DNA from: Dipteris shenzhenensis
Taxonomy: Eukaryota
Assembly (NCBI GenBank): GCA_047967505.1
Contig: CM106538.1
Strand: one strand, 5' to 3'
DNA length: 64,000 nucleotides
Shown: one piece after another, positions 48,512 through 59,389 of the stretch
Layout of the letters: every line of letters starts with the position of its first letter
Numbering within the stretch: the stretch's first letter is position 1
The notes under the pieces: model-generated
Database searches by the model: none
What the model saw: only the letters and a program-made list of their open reading frames with translations
Told to the model about the DNA's origin: nothing
Program-made: the position numbers and the translations under genes

Positions 48512-51500
48512 ATGAATGACGCTGGGAGTGAGCCAGGGGGAACATCGCGCTCTCCGGAACGGCCTCGGGAGCCTGTAACTCCAGTATCGGCACGTACAAC
48601 CCGCGAGGAACGGCATGACAGATATGTGGCTCAACGTGATCTTCTCTTCGGCTTCTTCACGGATAGTGAGAGTAGTAGCCGCTCTGACACACCTCCGCTG
48701 ATCCCAGGAGAGGAAGGTCCAGTCGTTTCCGGTGTTCAGGAGGAAGGCGAATCCTCCGGACGCAGTAGCCCGTTCGATTTAACAAATACTCCTCCGGAAG
48801 ACGAAGCGTCACCGTTGCGAAATTCCCCACCACCGAGTCCCAGGAGACGGAGGGGTGGTGTGCCTGCAGGAAGCGGAGCCCCAGGTCCGTCACCAGATCC
48901 CGGTAGGGGAGGTGGAGGCGGTGGAGGCGGAGGCGGGGGTGGAGTTCCGGCGGTAAGTAGCGCGGCTATTCCACCACTGGTACCCAGGATGACGGTGAAG
49001 TACCCCAAGTTTTCGGGACGGGATAAGGAGGATGCGGATGCACATATACTGTCATTTGAGATGGCATGGATGGTGAATACGGCTCCACCAGTGCAGGCGA
49101 CAGATCTTATGAAGATGGCGACTTTCATCCCGACACTGCAGAAGCAGGCGGCAGTATGGATCGCGCAATATGGAGCTACCCATTTCGCCACGTTTGATCT
49201 ACTGCGGGATGCCTTTTTGCTTCGGTTTCGGGAGGACAAGACCCGTGTTCATGTCCTGGCCAAACTGGGGAGACTGGAACAGAAGAACCAACAAGTGGAG
49301 GCGTATGCGGCCAGGTTTCGGTCGTTGATCCGCCGCCTCGATGCAGCAACTACCCCGGCAGTCCCCATCCAAAATGCTTACTTCATGGAGGGGCTGATTA
49401 AAGGATTGAAAAGGTCCCTGGCATCGTTGGATCTGGAAGCTCTTTCATTGGAAGAAGTCGTCCAAGCAGCGGTGAGGGCGGAACAAGTTCTGTTTACTTC
49501 CAAGGGAAGGAAAGGAAAAGTGAAGTATGAGGAGGCTGAGGGAGACTCCGATACCGATAATGAGGAGGAGTCGGATCAGTCGGATGAGGAGGAGGACAAA
49601 CGTTCCATGAGGCGGAAGGCTGGAAAAGCGGCAGGGAAGTTATTTCCGGAAGGATCTGCTGCCGGAGCCAAAAGCCGGGATAGTGGAATAGGGTCCTCTT
49701 CAAAAGTTCGCAAGGATACTTGGTGTAATCGGACGTTCCTATGTTTTTATTGCAATCAACCCGGACATAGAAAGGTAGATTGCGAATTATTTAAGCGCCA
49801 CAAGGCGGAAAAGGAAGCAACCCGGGGATCCGGAGAAGGCAAGTCCGCACCAGCAGTAAATGCGGTTCTGATTATCGAATGCGATGATGCCAGTCAGCAA
49901 CAGGATAGCAAGGAGCCTAGTCCGAAGTCCGAAGAAGTACCGGAAGTACCGGCGGGTGTCCCTGTTGAAGGCAAAGTGGGAGGAAGTGCGAGCGGAGATG
50001 TGCTCGTGGTCACACGATCCCAGGAAAAGGTGCGGGAATACAAGGCCCCGCAAGAGAAGGGGAGACCTACGGCGTTGGACTGGCAGGCACAACAAAAGGT
50101 GCGGTCGACGGTCGGTGAATGGGTCCAGAAAACCCCAACGGTGTTACCTAGGCCGAGCGCGGAAAAGGCAGTCTCGGTGACGGAGAATGGTGCGAAGGTG
50201 GCAAGGCGCCTGCAAGGAGAGCAGCCAGAAGCGACTTGTCTACCTACCAGTCAGAAGGACAGCCTGATGACCGGCGAGGAGGGTGTTGAACCATATGATT
50301 TATGGCAGGATTTGCGGAAACAGCAAATACACATGACAATGGAGCAATTGTTAGCATTGGTACCCAATTTCCGGAGTTCTCTCATCAAACAATTGACGGA
50401 ACCAGTCAGGGCGATGGAGTCGGAGATGGAAGCGGTAACAATGGAAGTGTCGTCAGACGGATCTGCAAAGCCTGAAGCGGAAGTACAGCCTCCTGTTTTT
50501 GACGAAGCGGTCCCGGTAATTTTCGTAACACTGGAGAACAGCCGTGTGGGAGGGGTGTTGCTGGACGGAGGGTCTGGGGTCAACATCCTGTCCGAACAAA
50601 TGCTGGTGCCATTGGGTATCACAAAATGGGAATCAGCACCCTTCGCCGTTCGGATGGCAGACCAACGGAGAGTGCAGCCGTTAGGATTGCTCCGTGGATT
50701 GAAAATGGAGGTTTGCGGCGTGAAGTTCGAAATCGCTGCGGTGATTCTCCGGATGGAGGATATTAGCGGGTCATACCCGTTATTGCTCGAAAGACCGTGG
50801 TTGCGGCAGGCCCGTGTGAAACAAGACTGGCAATCAGACCGCATCACCATTCGGAAAGGAAAAAAGAAGCTGAAGCTCTCGGTACATACCAAACAAGGGC
50901 TGAGGACACCATTCCGACCGACGATGGCGGAAGGTATCCATATGATGGACGGAATGGGGGTCGAAGAGGAGGATGACTACTTCAGTAGGAATACGGAGCT
51001 GGTAAGCTTGTTCCAGGTCGATGTGGTTGCCGTTTTAAAGCAATATCAGCATCAGATTCCCTCGGCTACGCAGGAGTCATCCAGTTCCACGAAAGAACCA
51101 GTCGAAGGGAGTCTACCGGAAGGCACAGGAGACATGCCGGACGAAGCGGGAGTGGCGGAGGCGGAAAGAGTTTTCGAGCAGGAACTCCGTCGCTCGCGGA
51201 GGGTCAAAGAAGACGAGCTGCTGGATCTTAACCTCGGGACGGAGGAGGAGCCAAAGAACGTCCGTGTCAGTGCGAAGCTCGATAAAGGATTTCGGGGAAA
51301 ATTGGAGACATTGCTGAAATCCTTCAAAGACGTGTTCGCCTGGGACTACACAGATTTGCTCGGCATCGATCCCAAATTCTATCAGCACAGGATCAATCTG
51401 CAGAAGGATGCGATACCGGTTCGGCAACAACGGTATAGAATGAACCCGAACTATGCCCAGAGGGTGAAGGAGGAGCTGGACAGGTTGCTAAAGGTCGGGT

Positions 51501-53500
51501 TTATCTATCCGGTTGACCGTGCAACGTGGCTTTCGCCAATAGTGATTGTTCCGAAAAAGAATTTGAAGTTGCGGGTCTGTGTTGACTACAGAAAGCTTAA
51601 CGCGGCGACAATCACGGATCCGTTTCCCTTGCCGTTTAATGATACTATGCTGGATACAGTGGCAGGTCACGAGATGTATTCTTTTCTGGATGGCTTCAGT
51701 GGGTATAACCAGGTGCAGATGGCACCAGAAGATCGAGAGAAAACAGCCTTCATCACGGAGTGGGGAGCATTTGTTTTCCTGGTGATGGCATTTGGGCTAA
51801 AGAATGCTCCGGCAACATTTCAACGCATGGTCCAAGAAATATTTGAGGATTATTTACTAATCTTTATGCAGGTATTTCTGGACGATTTCAGTGTTTTCGG
51901 GAGTCGCGAGCAGCACCTTGAGCATCTGAAGAAATGCTTAACCCGGTGTAGGGAGGCACGGTTGTGTCTCAACCCTATGAAATGTGCATTCGCCGTGGGC
52001 AGCGGTATGCTGCTGGGTTGCATTGTCTCGGCGGAAGGCATTGCGGTAGATCCGGCGAAGGTCGAAGCGATTCGGCAGGCAAAGGTTCCTGGCAACGGTA
52101 AGCAGCTCGGGAGATTCCTAGGGCAGGTTAAATGGCACAGCCGAATGCTGCGGTATCTGGCGGATGTGGCGACACCACTGTATGACCAACTCAACAAAGT
52201 ACCGGTAGTCTGGTCTCCTGCTTGTGACTTAGCTTTTCGACGGCTCAAACTGATGTTGGCGACAGCACCGGTGGTTCAGCCGCCAGATTGGACGAAGATG
52301 TTTCATGTCTTCGTGGATGCCTCGGACGTGGCTATTGGTAGTGTCCTCATGCAGGAAGCGACAAGCAAGTGGTTCCGACCGGTGTATTATGCAAGTCGCA
52401 GGTTGTCAAAAGCCGAACGGAATTACTCTACGACGGAGCGGGAAGCATTGGGGATGATTTATTCCGTAACAAAGTTTCGTCACTACCTGTTGGGGAATCG
52501 GTTCACGTTTCATGTGGATCATTCCGCCTTGTTGTATTTGGTACACAAGCGCGAGCTCACTGGAAAGTTGGCCCGGTGGATGCTGCTTTTACAGGAGTTC
52601 GACTTCACGGTGGTCCATCGACCAGGAAGTACACATGCCGTAGCGGATTACCTTTCGCGGTTGGAATCTGGCGAAGACCCGATGGGTGTGGAAGACGATT
52701 TTCCGGATGCCCAGCTGTTCGAACTGGAGGCGGTGGTACCGGCAGCTCCAAAGACGTGGTACGACGACATGTTTCACTTTGTCGACACGGGCCAGATGCG
52801 CGACGGAATGTCGCGAGACCAGCGGAAACGGCTCGCGCTCAAGAGCAGAGACTTCCGGATCATTGCTGACCAATTGTATAAGCAGGGGCTAGATGGTGTG
52901 TTGCGACGGTGTGTGTACCCACATGAGCAGGAGGTCATCCTGGAAGAGGCTCACCAAGGAATCAGCGGTGGACACTTCGCAGGAGAAGTAACCGGACGGA
53001 AGGTACTCCAAGGAGGTCTGTGGTGGCCAACATTAATGGGGGATGCGCATAGGTTCGTCAAAAGATGCGATGTGTGCCAGAGGTTGGGCCAGCCATCAGG
53101 TCGGGACCGGATGCCGCATAATCCCATACTGGCCCTCGAACCGTTCATGAAGTGGGGACTGGACTTTGTAGGTCCGTTTTCGCCGCCGGCGAGGACAGGT
53201 AACCGGTATATCCTGGTGGCGACGGATTACTGTACCAAATGGGTGGAGGCCAGAGCACTGAAGGATAATTCGGCAAAGGCTGTGGCCAGATTCCTTTATG
53301 AAGCCATTATGACACGGTACGGATGTCCGGTTGAGCTCGTCACGGATCAAGGTGGGCATTTCATTAATGCGGTGTTACGGGAACTGGTTACCCGGCACCT
53401 AATCATTCATAAGAAGTCCACAGTGTATTACCCTCAGGCAAACGGACAGGCGGAGTCCTCGAATAAGGTGTTGCTAGTCATTCTCCGTACCGTGTCATAA
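48512..53500 (+). CDS. Segment S4: open gag-PR-RT-RH-partial INT ORF with a 246-nt in-frame gag deletion; truncated at the fold-back junction 53484
   Basis: 1662-aa ORF. Confidence 0.9.
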   Translation: MNDAGSEPGGTSRSPERPREPVTPVSARTTREERHDRYVAQRDLLFGFFTDSESSSRSDTPPLIPGEEGPVVSGVQEEGESSGRSSPFDLTNTPPEDEASPLRNSPPPSPRRRRGGVPAGSGAPGPSPDPGRGGGGGGGGGGGGVPAVSSAAIPPLVPRMTVKYPKFSGRDKEDADAHILSFEMAWMVNTAPPVQATDLMKMATFIPTLQKQAAVWIAQYGATHFATFDLLRDAFLLRFREDKTRVHVLAKLGRLEQKNQQVEAYAARFRSLIRRLDAATTPAVPIQNAYFMEGLIKGLKRSLASLDLEALSLEEVVQAAVRAEQVLFTSKGRKGKVKYEEAEGDSDTDNEEESDQSDEEEDKRSMRRKAGKAAGKLFPEGSAAGAKSRDSGIGSSSKVRKDTWCNRTFLCFYCNQPGHRKVDCELFKRHKAEKEATRGSGEGKSAPAVNAVLIIECDDASQQQDSKEPSPKSEEVPEVPAGVPVEGKVGGSASGDVLVVTRSQEKVREYKAPQEKGRPTALDWQAQQKVRSTVGEWVQKTPTVLPRPSAEKAVSVTENGAKVARRLQGEQPEATCLPTSQKDSLMTGEEGVEPYDLWQDLRKQQIHMTMEQLLALVPNFRSSLIKQLTEPVRAMESEMEAVTMEVSSDGSAKPEAEVQPPVFDEAVPVIFVTLENSRVGGVLLDGGSGVNILSEQMLVPLGITKWESAPFAVRMADQRRVQPLGLLRGLKMEVCGVKFEIAAVILRMEDISGSYPLLLERPWLRQARVKQDWQSDRITIRKGKKKLKLSVHTKQGLRTPFRPTMAEGIHMMDGMGVEEEDDYFSRNTELVSLFQVDVVAVLKQYQHQIPSATQESSSSTKEPVEGSLPEGTGDMPDEAGVAEAERVFEQELRRSRRVKEDELLDLNLGTEEEPKNVRVSAKLDKGFRGKLETLLKSFKDVFAWDYTDLLGIDPKFYQHRINLQKDAIPVRQQRYRMNPNYAQRVKEELDRLLKVGFIYPVDRATWLSPIVIVPKKNLKLRVCVDYRKLNAATITDPFPLPFNDTMLDTVAGHEMYSFLDGFSGYNQVQMAPEDREKTAFITEWGAFVFLVMAFGLKNAPATFQRMVQEIFEDYLLIFMQVFLDDFSVFGSREQHLEHLKKCLTRCREARLCLNPMKCAFAVGSGMLLGCIVSAEGIAVDPAKVEAIRQAKVPGNGKQLGRFLGQVKWHSRMLRYLADVATPLYDQLNKVPVVWSPACDLAFRRLKLMLATAPVVQPPDWTKMFHVFVDASDVAIGSVLMQEATSKWFRPVYYASRRLSKAERNYSTTEREALGMIYSVTKFRHYLLGNRFTFHVDHSALLYLVHKRELTGKLARWMLLLQEFDFTVVHRPGSTHAVADYLSRLESGEDPMGVEDDFPDAQLFELEAVVPAAPKTWYDDMFHFVDTGQMRDGMSRDQRKRLALKSRDFRIIADQLYKQGLDGVLRRCVYPHEQEVILEEAHQGISGGHFAGEVTGRKVLQGGLWWPTLMGDAHRFVKRCDVCQRLGQPSGRDRMPHNPILALEPFMKWGLDFVGPFSPPARTGNRYILVATDYCTKWVEARALKDNSAKAVARFLYEAIMTRYGCPVELVTDQGGHFINAVLRELVTRHLIIHKKSTVYYPQANGQAESSNKVLLVILRTVS

Positions 53501-56500
53501 TGGCTTCATAAAGGAATCTGGCCACAGCCTTTGCCGAATTATCCTTCAGTGCTCTGGCCTCCACCCATTTGGTACAGTAATCCGTCGCCACCAGGATATA
53601 CCGGTTACATGTCCTCCTCGCCGGCGGCGAAAACGGACCTACAAAGTCCAGCCCCCACTTCATGAACGGTTCGAGGGCCAGTATGGGATTATGCGGCATC
53701 CAGTCCCGACCTGATGGCTGGCCCAACCTCTGGCACACATCGCATCTTTTGACGAACCTATGCGCATCCCCCATTAATGTTGGCCACCACAGACCTCCTT
53801 GGAGTACCTTCCGTCCGGTTACTTCTCCTGCGAAGTGTCCACCGCTGATTCCTTGGTGAGCCTCTTCCAGGATGACCTCCTGCTCATGTGGGTACACACC
53901 GTCGCAACACACCATCTAGCCCCTGCTTATACAATTGGTCAGCAATGATCCGGAAGTCTCTGCTCTTGAGCGCGAGCCGTTTTCGCTGGTCTCGCGACAT
54001 TCTGTCGCGCATCTGGCCCGTGTCGACAAAGTGAAACATGTCGTCGTACCACGTCTTTGGAGCTGCCGGTACCACCGCCTCCAGTTCGAACAGCTGGGCA
54101 TCCGGAAAATCGTCTTCCACACCCATCGGGTCTTCGCCAGATTCCAACCGCGAAAGGTAATCCGCTACGGCATGTGTACTTCCTGGTCGATGGACCACCG
54201 TGAAGTCGAACTCCTGTAAAAGCAGCATCCACCGGGCCAACTTTCCAGTGAGCTCGGGCTTGTGTACCAAATACAACAAGGCGGAATGATCCACATGAAA
54301 CGTGAACCGATTCCCCAACAGGTAGTGACGAAACTTTGTTACGGAATAAATCATCCCCAATGCTTCCCGCTCCGTCGTAGAGTAATTCCGTTCGGCTTTT
54401 GACAACCTGCGACTTGCATAATACACCGGTCGGAACCACTTGCTTGTCGCTTCCTGCATGAGGACACTACCAATAGCCACGTCCGAGGCATCCACGAAGA
54501 CATGAAACATCTTCGTCCAATCTGGCGGCTGAACCACCGGTACTGTCGCCAACATCAGTTTGAGCCGTCGAAAAGCTAAGTCACAAATAGGAGACCAGAC
54601 TATCGGTACTTTGTTGAGTTGGTCATACAGTGGTGTCGCCACATCCGCCAGATACCGCAGCATTCGGCTGTGCCATTTAACCTGCCCTAGGAATCTCCCG
54701 AGCTGCTTACCGTTGCCAGGAACCTTGGCCTGCCGAATCGCTTCGACCTTCGCCGGATCTACCGCAATGCCTTCCGCCGAGATAATGCAACCCAGCAGCA
54801 TACCGCTGCCCATGGCGAATGCACATTTCATAGGGTTCAGACACAACCGTGCCTCCCTACACCGGGTTAAGCATTTCTTCAGATGCTCAAGGTGCTGCTT
54901 GCGACTCCCGAAAACACTGAAATCGTCCAGAAATACCTGCATAAAGATTAGTAAATAATCATCAAATATTTCTTGGACCATGCGTTGAAATGTTGCCGGA
55001 GCATTCTTTAGCCCAAATGCCATCACCAGGAAAACAAATGCTCCCCACTCCGTGATGAAGGCTGTTTTCTCTCGATCTTCTGGTGCCATCTGCACCTGGT
55101 TATACCCACTGAAGCCATCCAGAAAAGAATACATCTCGTGACCTGCCACTGTATCCAGCATAGTATCATTAAACGGCAAGGGAAACGGATCCGTGATTGT
55201 CGCCGCGTTAAGCTTTCTGTAGTCAACACACACCCGCAACTTCAAATTCTTTTTCGGAACAATCACTATTGGCGAAAGCCACGTTGCACGGTCAACCGGA
55301 TAGATAAACCCGACCTTTAGCAACCTGTCCAGCTCCTCCTTCACCCTCTGGGCATAGTTCGGGTTCATTCTATACCGTTGTTGCCGAACCGGTATCGCAT
55401 CCTTCTGCAGATTGATCCTGTGCTGATAGAATTTGGGATCGATGCCGAGCAAATCTGTGTAGTCCCAGGCGAACACGTCTTTGAAGGATTTCAGCAATGT
55501 CTCCAATTTTCCCCGAAATCCTTTATCGAGCTTCGCACTGACACGGACGTTCTTTGGCTCCTCCTCCGTCCCGAGGTTAAGATCCAGCAGCTCGTCTTCT
55601 TTGACCCTCCGCGAGCGACGGAGTTCCTGCTCGAAAACTCTTTCCGCCTCCGCCACTCCCGCTTCGTCCGGCATGTCTCCTGTGCCTTCCGGTAGACTCC
55701 CTTCGACTGGTTCTTTCGTGGAACTGGATGACTCCTGCGTAGCCGAGGGAATCTGATGCTGATATTGCTTTAAAACGGCAACCACATCGACCTCGAACAA
55801 GCTTACCAGCTCCGTATTCCTACTGAAGTAGTCATCCTCCTCTTCGACCCCCATTCCGTCCATCATATGGATACCTTCCGCCATCGTCGGTCGGAATGGT
55901 GTCCTCAGCCCTTGTTTGGTATGTACCGAGAGCTTCAGCTTCTTTTTTCCTTTCCGAATGGTGATGCGGTCTGATTGCCAGTCTTGTTTCACACGGGCCT
56001 GCCGCAACCACGGTCTTTCGAGCAATAACGGGTATGACCCGCTAATATCCTCCATCCGGAGAATCACCGCAGCGATTTCGAACTTCACGCCGCAAACCTC
56101 CATTTTCAATCCACGGAGCAATCCTAACGGCTGCACTCTCCGTTGGTCTGCCATCCGAACGGCGAAGGGTGCTGATTCCCATTTTGTGATACCCAATGGC
56201 ACCAGCATTTGTTCGGACAGGATGTTGACCCCAGACCCTCCGTCCAGCAACACCCCTCCCACACGGCTGTTCTCCAGTGTTACGGAAATTACCGGGACCG
56301 CTTCGTCAAAAACATGAGGCTGTACTTCCGCTTCAGGCTTTGCAGATCCGTCTGACGACACTTCCATTGTTACCGCTTCCATCTCCGACTCCATCGCCCT
56401 GACTGGTTCCGTCAATTGTTTGATGAGAGAACTCCGGAAATTGGGTACCAATGCTAACAATTGCTCCATTGTCATGTGTATTTGCTGTTTCCGCAAATCC

Positions 56501-58542
56501 TGCCATAAATCATATGGTTCAACACCCTCCTCGCCGGTCATCAGGCTGTCCTTCTGACTGGTAGGTAGACAAGTCGCTTCTGGCTGCTTTCCTTGCAGGC
56601 GCCTTGCCACCTTCGCACCATTCTCCGTCACCGAGACTGCCTTTTCCGCGCTCGGCCTAGGTAACACCGTTGGGGTTTTCTGGACCCATTCACCGACCGT
56701 CGACCGCACCTTTTGTTGTGCCTGCCAGTCCAACGCCGTAGGTCTCCCCTTCTCTTGCGGGGCCTTGTATTCCCGCACCTTTTCCTGGGATCGTGTGACC
56801 ACGAGCACATCTCCGCTCGCACTTCCTCCCACTTTGCCTTCAACAGGGACACCCGCCGGTACTTCCGGTACTTCTTCGGACTTCGGACTAGGCTCCTTGC
56901 TATCCTGTTGCTGACTGGCATCATCGCATTCGATAATCAGAACCGCATTCACTGCTGGTGCGGACTTGCCTTCTCCGGATCCCCGGGTTGCTTCCCTTTC
57001 CGCCTTGTGGCGCTTAAATAATTCGCAATCTACCTTTCGATGTCCGGGTTGATTGCAATAAAAACATAGGAACGTCCGTTCCCCGGCTGGTTCATCTGCA
57101 CCTGTTCCAGCCGTTCTCGGCCGCCAAGGTCTTCTCGCCGGTGCGGCTGGTACCGCGGCTGGTGCTGCGGCTGGTGCCGCAACTACCGCCGCCACCGCTG
57201 GTGTCGGGGCTATTCGTGCGTTATAGCGGCAGATCTCCGTGGTATGCGTCGCTGTTTGGCAAATCGCACACCACCGCTCATTCAAACCGCATTCCTCTGC
57301 TAAGTGTCCTGCATTCCGGCACCGATTACACCAAGTATCCTTGCGAACTTTTGAAGAGGACCCTATTCCACTATCCCGGCTTTTGGCTCCGGCAGCAGAT
57401 CCTTCCGGAAATGACTTCCCTGCCGTTTTTCCAGCCTTCCGCCTCATGGAACGTTTGTCCTCCTCCTCATCCGACTGATCCGATTCCTCCTCATTATCGG
57501 TATCGGAGTCTCCCTCAGCCTCCTCATACTTCACTTTTCCTTTCCTTCCCTTGGAAGTAAACAGAACTTGTTCCGCCCTCACCGCTGCTTGGACGACTTC
57601 TTCCAATGAAAGAGCGTCCAGATCCAACGATGCCAGGGACCTTTTCAATCCTTTATTCAGCCCCTCCATGAAGTAAGCATTTTGGATGGGGACTGCCGGG
57701 GTAGTTGCTGCATCGAGGCGGCGGATCAACGACCGAAACCTGGCCGCATACGCCTCCACTTCTTGGTTCTTCTGTTCCAGTTTCCCCAGTTTGGCCAGGA
57801 CATGAACACGGGTCTTGTCCTCCCGAAACCGGAGCAAAAAAGCATCCCGCAGTAGATCAAACGTGGCGAAATGGGTAGCTCCATATTGCGCGATCCATAC
57901 TGCCGCCTGCTTCTGCAGTGTCGGGATGAAAGTCGCCATCTTCATAAGATCTGTCGCCTGCACTGGTGGAGCCGTATTCACCATCCATGCCATCTCAAAT
58001 GACAGTATATGTGCATCCGCATCCTCCTTATCCCGTCCTGAAAACTTGGGGTACTTCACCGTCATCCTGGGTACCAGTGGTGGAATAGCCGCGCTACTTA
58101 CCGCCGGAACTCCACCCCCGCCTCCGCCTCCACCGCCTCCACCTCCCCTACCGGGATCTGGTGACGGACCTGGGGCTCCGCTTCCTGCAGGCACACCACC
58201 CCTCCGTCTCCTGGGACTCGGTGGTGGGGAATTCCGCAACGGTGACGCTTCGTCTTCCGGAGGAGTACTTGTTAAATCGAACGGGCTACTGCGTCCGGAG
58301 GATTCGCCTTCCTCCTGAACACCGGAAACGACTGGACCTTCCTCTCCTGGGATCAGCGGAGGTGTGTCAGAGCGGCTACTACTCTCACTATCCGTGAAGA
58401 AGCCGAAGAGAAGATCACGTTGAGCCACATATCTGTCATGCCGTTCCTCGCGGGTTGTACGTGCCGATACTGGAGTTGCAGGCTCCCGAGGCCGTGCCGG
58501 AGAGCGCGATGTTCCCCCTGGCTCACTCCCAGCGTCATTCAT
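53484..58542 (-). pseudogene. Segment S5: complete gag (three CCHC knuckles)-PR-RT-RH-partial INT; 2-bp deletion near 53895
   Basis: ORFs 53884-58542 (1552 aa) and 53478-53915. Confidence 0.9.
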
Positions 58543-58648
58543 GCGCTAGTCTACGCACCGAGGAATCAGAGTATTACAGATGGGGAGCATCCAACCTCTC
58601 CGGGGTATCCACCGCGACGAACATGGAAATCTTCCGTGGTCGCCAAAG

Positions 58649-59114
58649 TGTTAGCCCTCTCTACTCTGAAGACTAACTCGAAACGCACTACTGCGACAGA
58701 TTTACATGCGTAATCGAACTTCAGAACTGCGTATGAAAATTCATAGAGTAGAACAGTGATCGACAGAATCATTCATGATAAAACAATAAGATAGATGCAA
58801 TAGAATATCTGTATTACACTTCTCCGAGCAGTACAACACCGTACTCTCTGATACATAACAATGTTCCTCTTCTGATCACACTGATCCTTGCTCCGATCCT
58901 CATCAATGAGCCCCCTGAATGATCGCTCTCTTCTCTTTTATCTAACCGGCACACATAACTCCTTCACGGTTGCCGTGCCTCGTCAGTTCTCCGCCTGGTC
59001 CTAGAACTTCCGTCTTTTCATATCTCACTATAAACTAGATACAACGTATTAATGATAAAATCTAAGGACTCCCCCCCTAGTTCCTCTTTGCTGTTGCTGC
59101 TTTTGCCCTTAACA
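58649..59114 (-). repeat. LTR4 (5' LTR of the outer element, 466 bp); PBS at 58636-58645
   Basis: Abuts the TSD. By eye it differs from LTR1 only by a 12-bp and a 2-bp indel. Confidence 0.95.
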
Positions 59115-59389
59115 GGCTACATAACAGCAAGCTTTCGCCCCATTTGAGGCACCCTCATTGTAACATCCCAGTGCCAAGCTACTTCACAACGCCCTTGGGT
59201 TCATCCTATAGAGCAGAGCAGAGGGAAAGAGCACATGATCTTTGTGTTTTAGAGACACCAAGACTCCAGTCAAAAGCCCCGCCCAGAGGAAATACTCATG
59301 GCCTCCACCAATGGAGCATATGAAGAAAGCTTAGTTGCAAATTATGAACCCCCATCAGCCTCAAAATAATTCGAACGAGGAGCTGCTGC

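Larger units (their letters stand above)
28574..59114 (-). mobile_element. 30.5-kb rearranged Ty3/gypsy (non-chromovirus, Athila/Phygy-like) complex with one TSD
   Basis: GGCTA at 28569-28573 and 59115-59119. Outer LTRs in the same orientation. Five near-identical segments inside. Confidence 0.95.

Noticed and set aside
36524-53484. Interpretation as a normal nested LTR insertion into a sister element
   Set aside because: No TSD, one end is mid-integrase, LTR2 lacks its terminal T, and a 3.9-kb duplication flanks the block.
33038-56924. Many recurring antisense or alternative-frame ORFs in the gypsy segments (e.g. 213, 166 and 132 aa)
   Set aside because: Shadow ORFs of a GC-rich pol. They recur only because the segments are near-identical.
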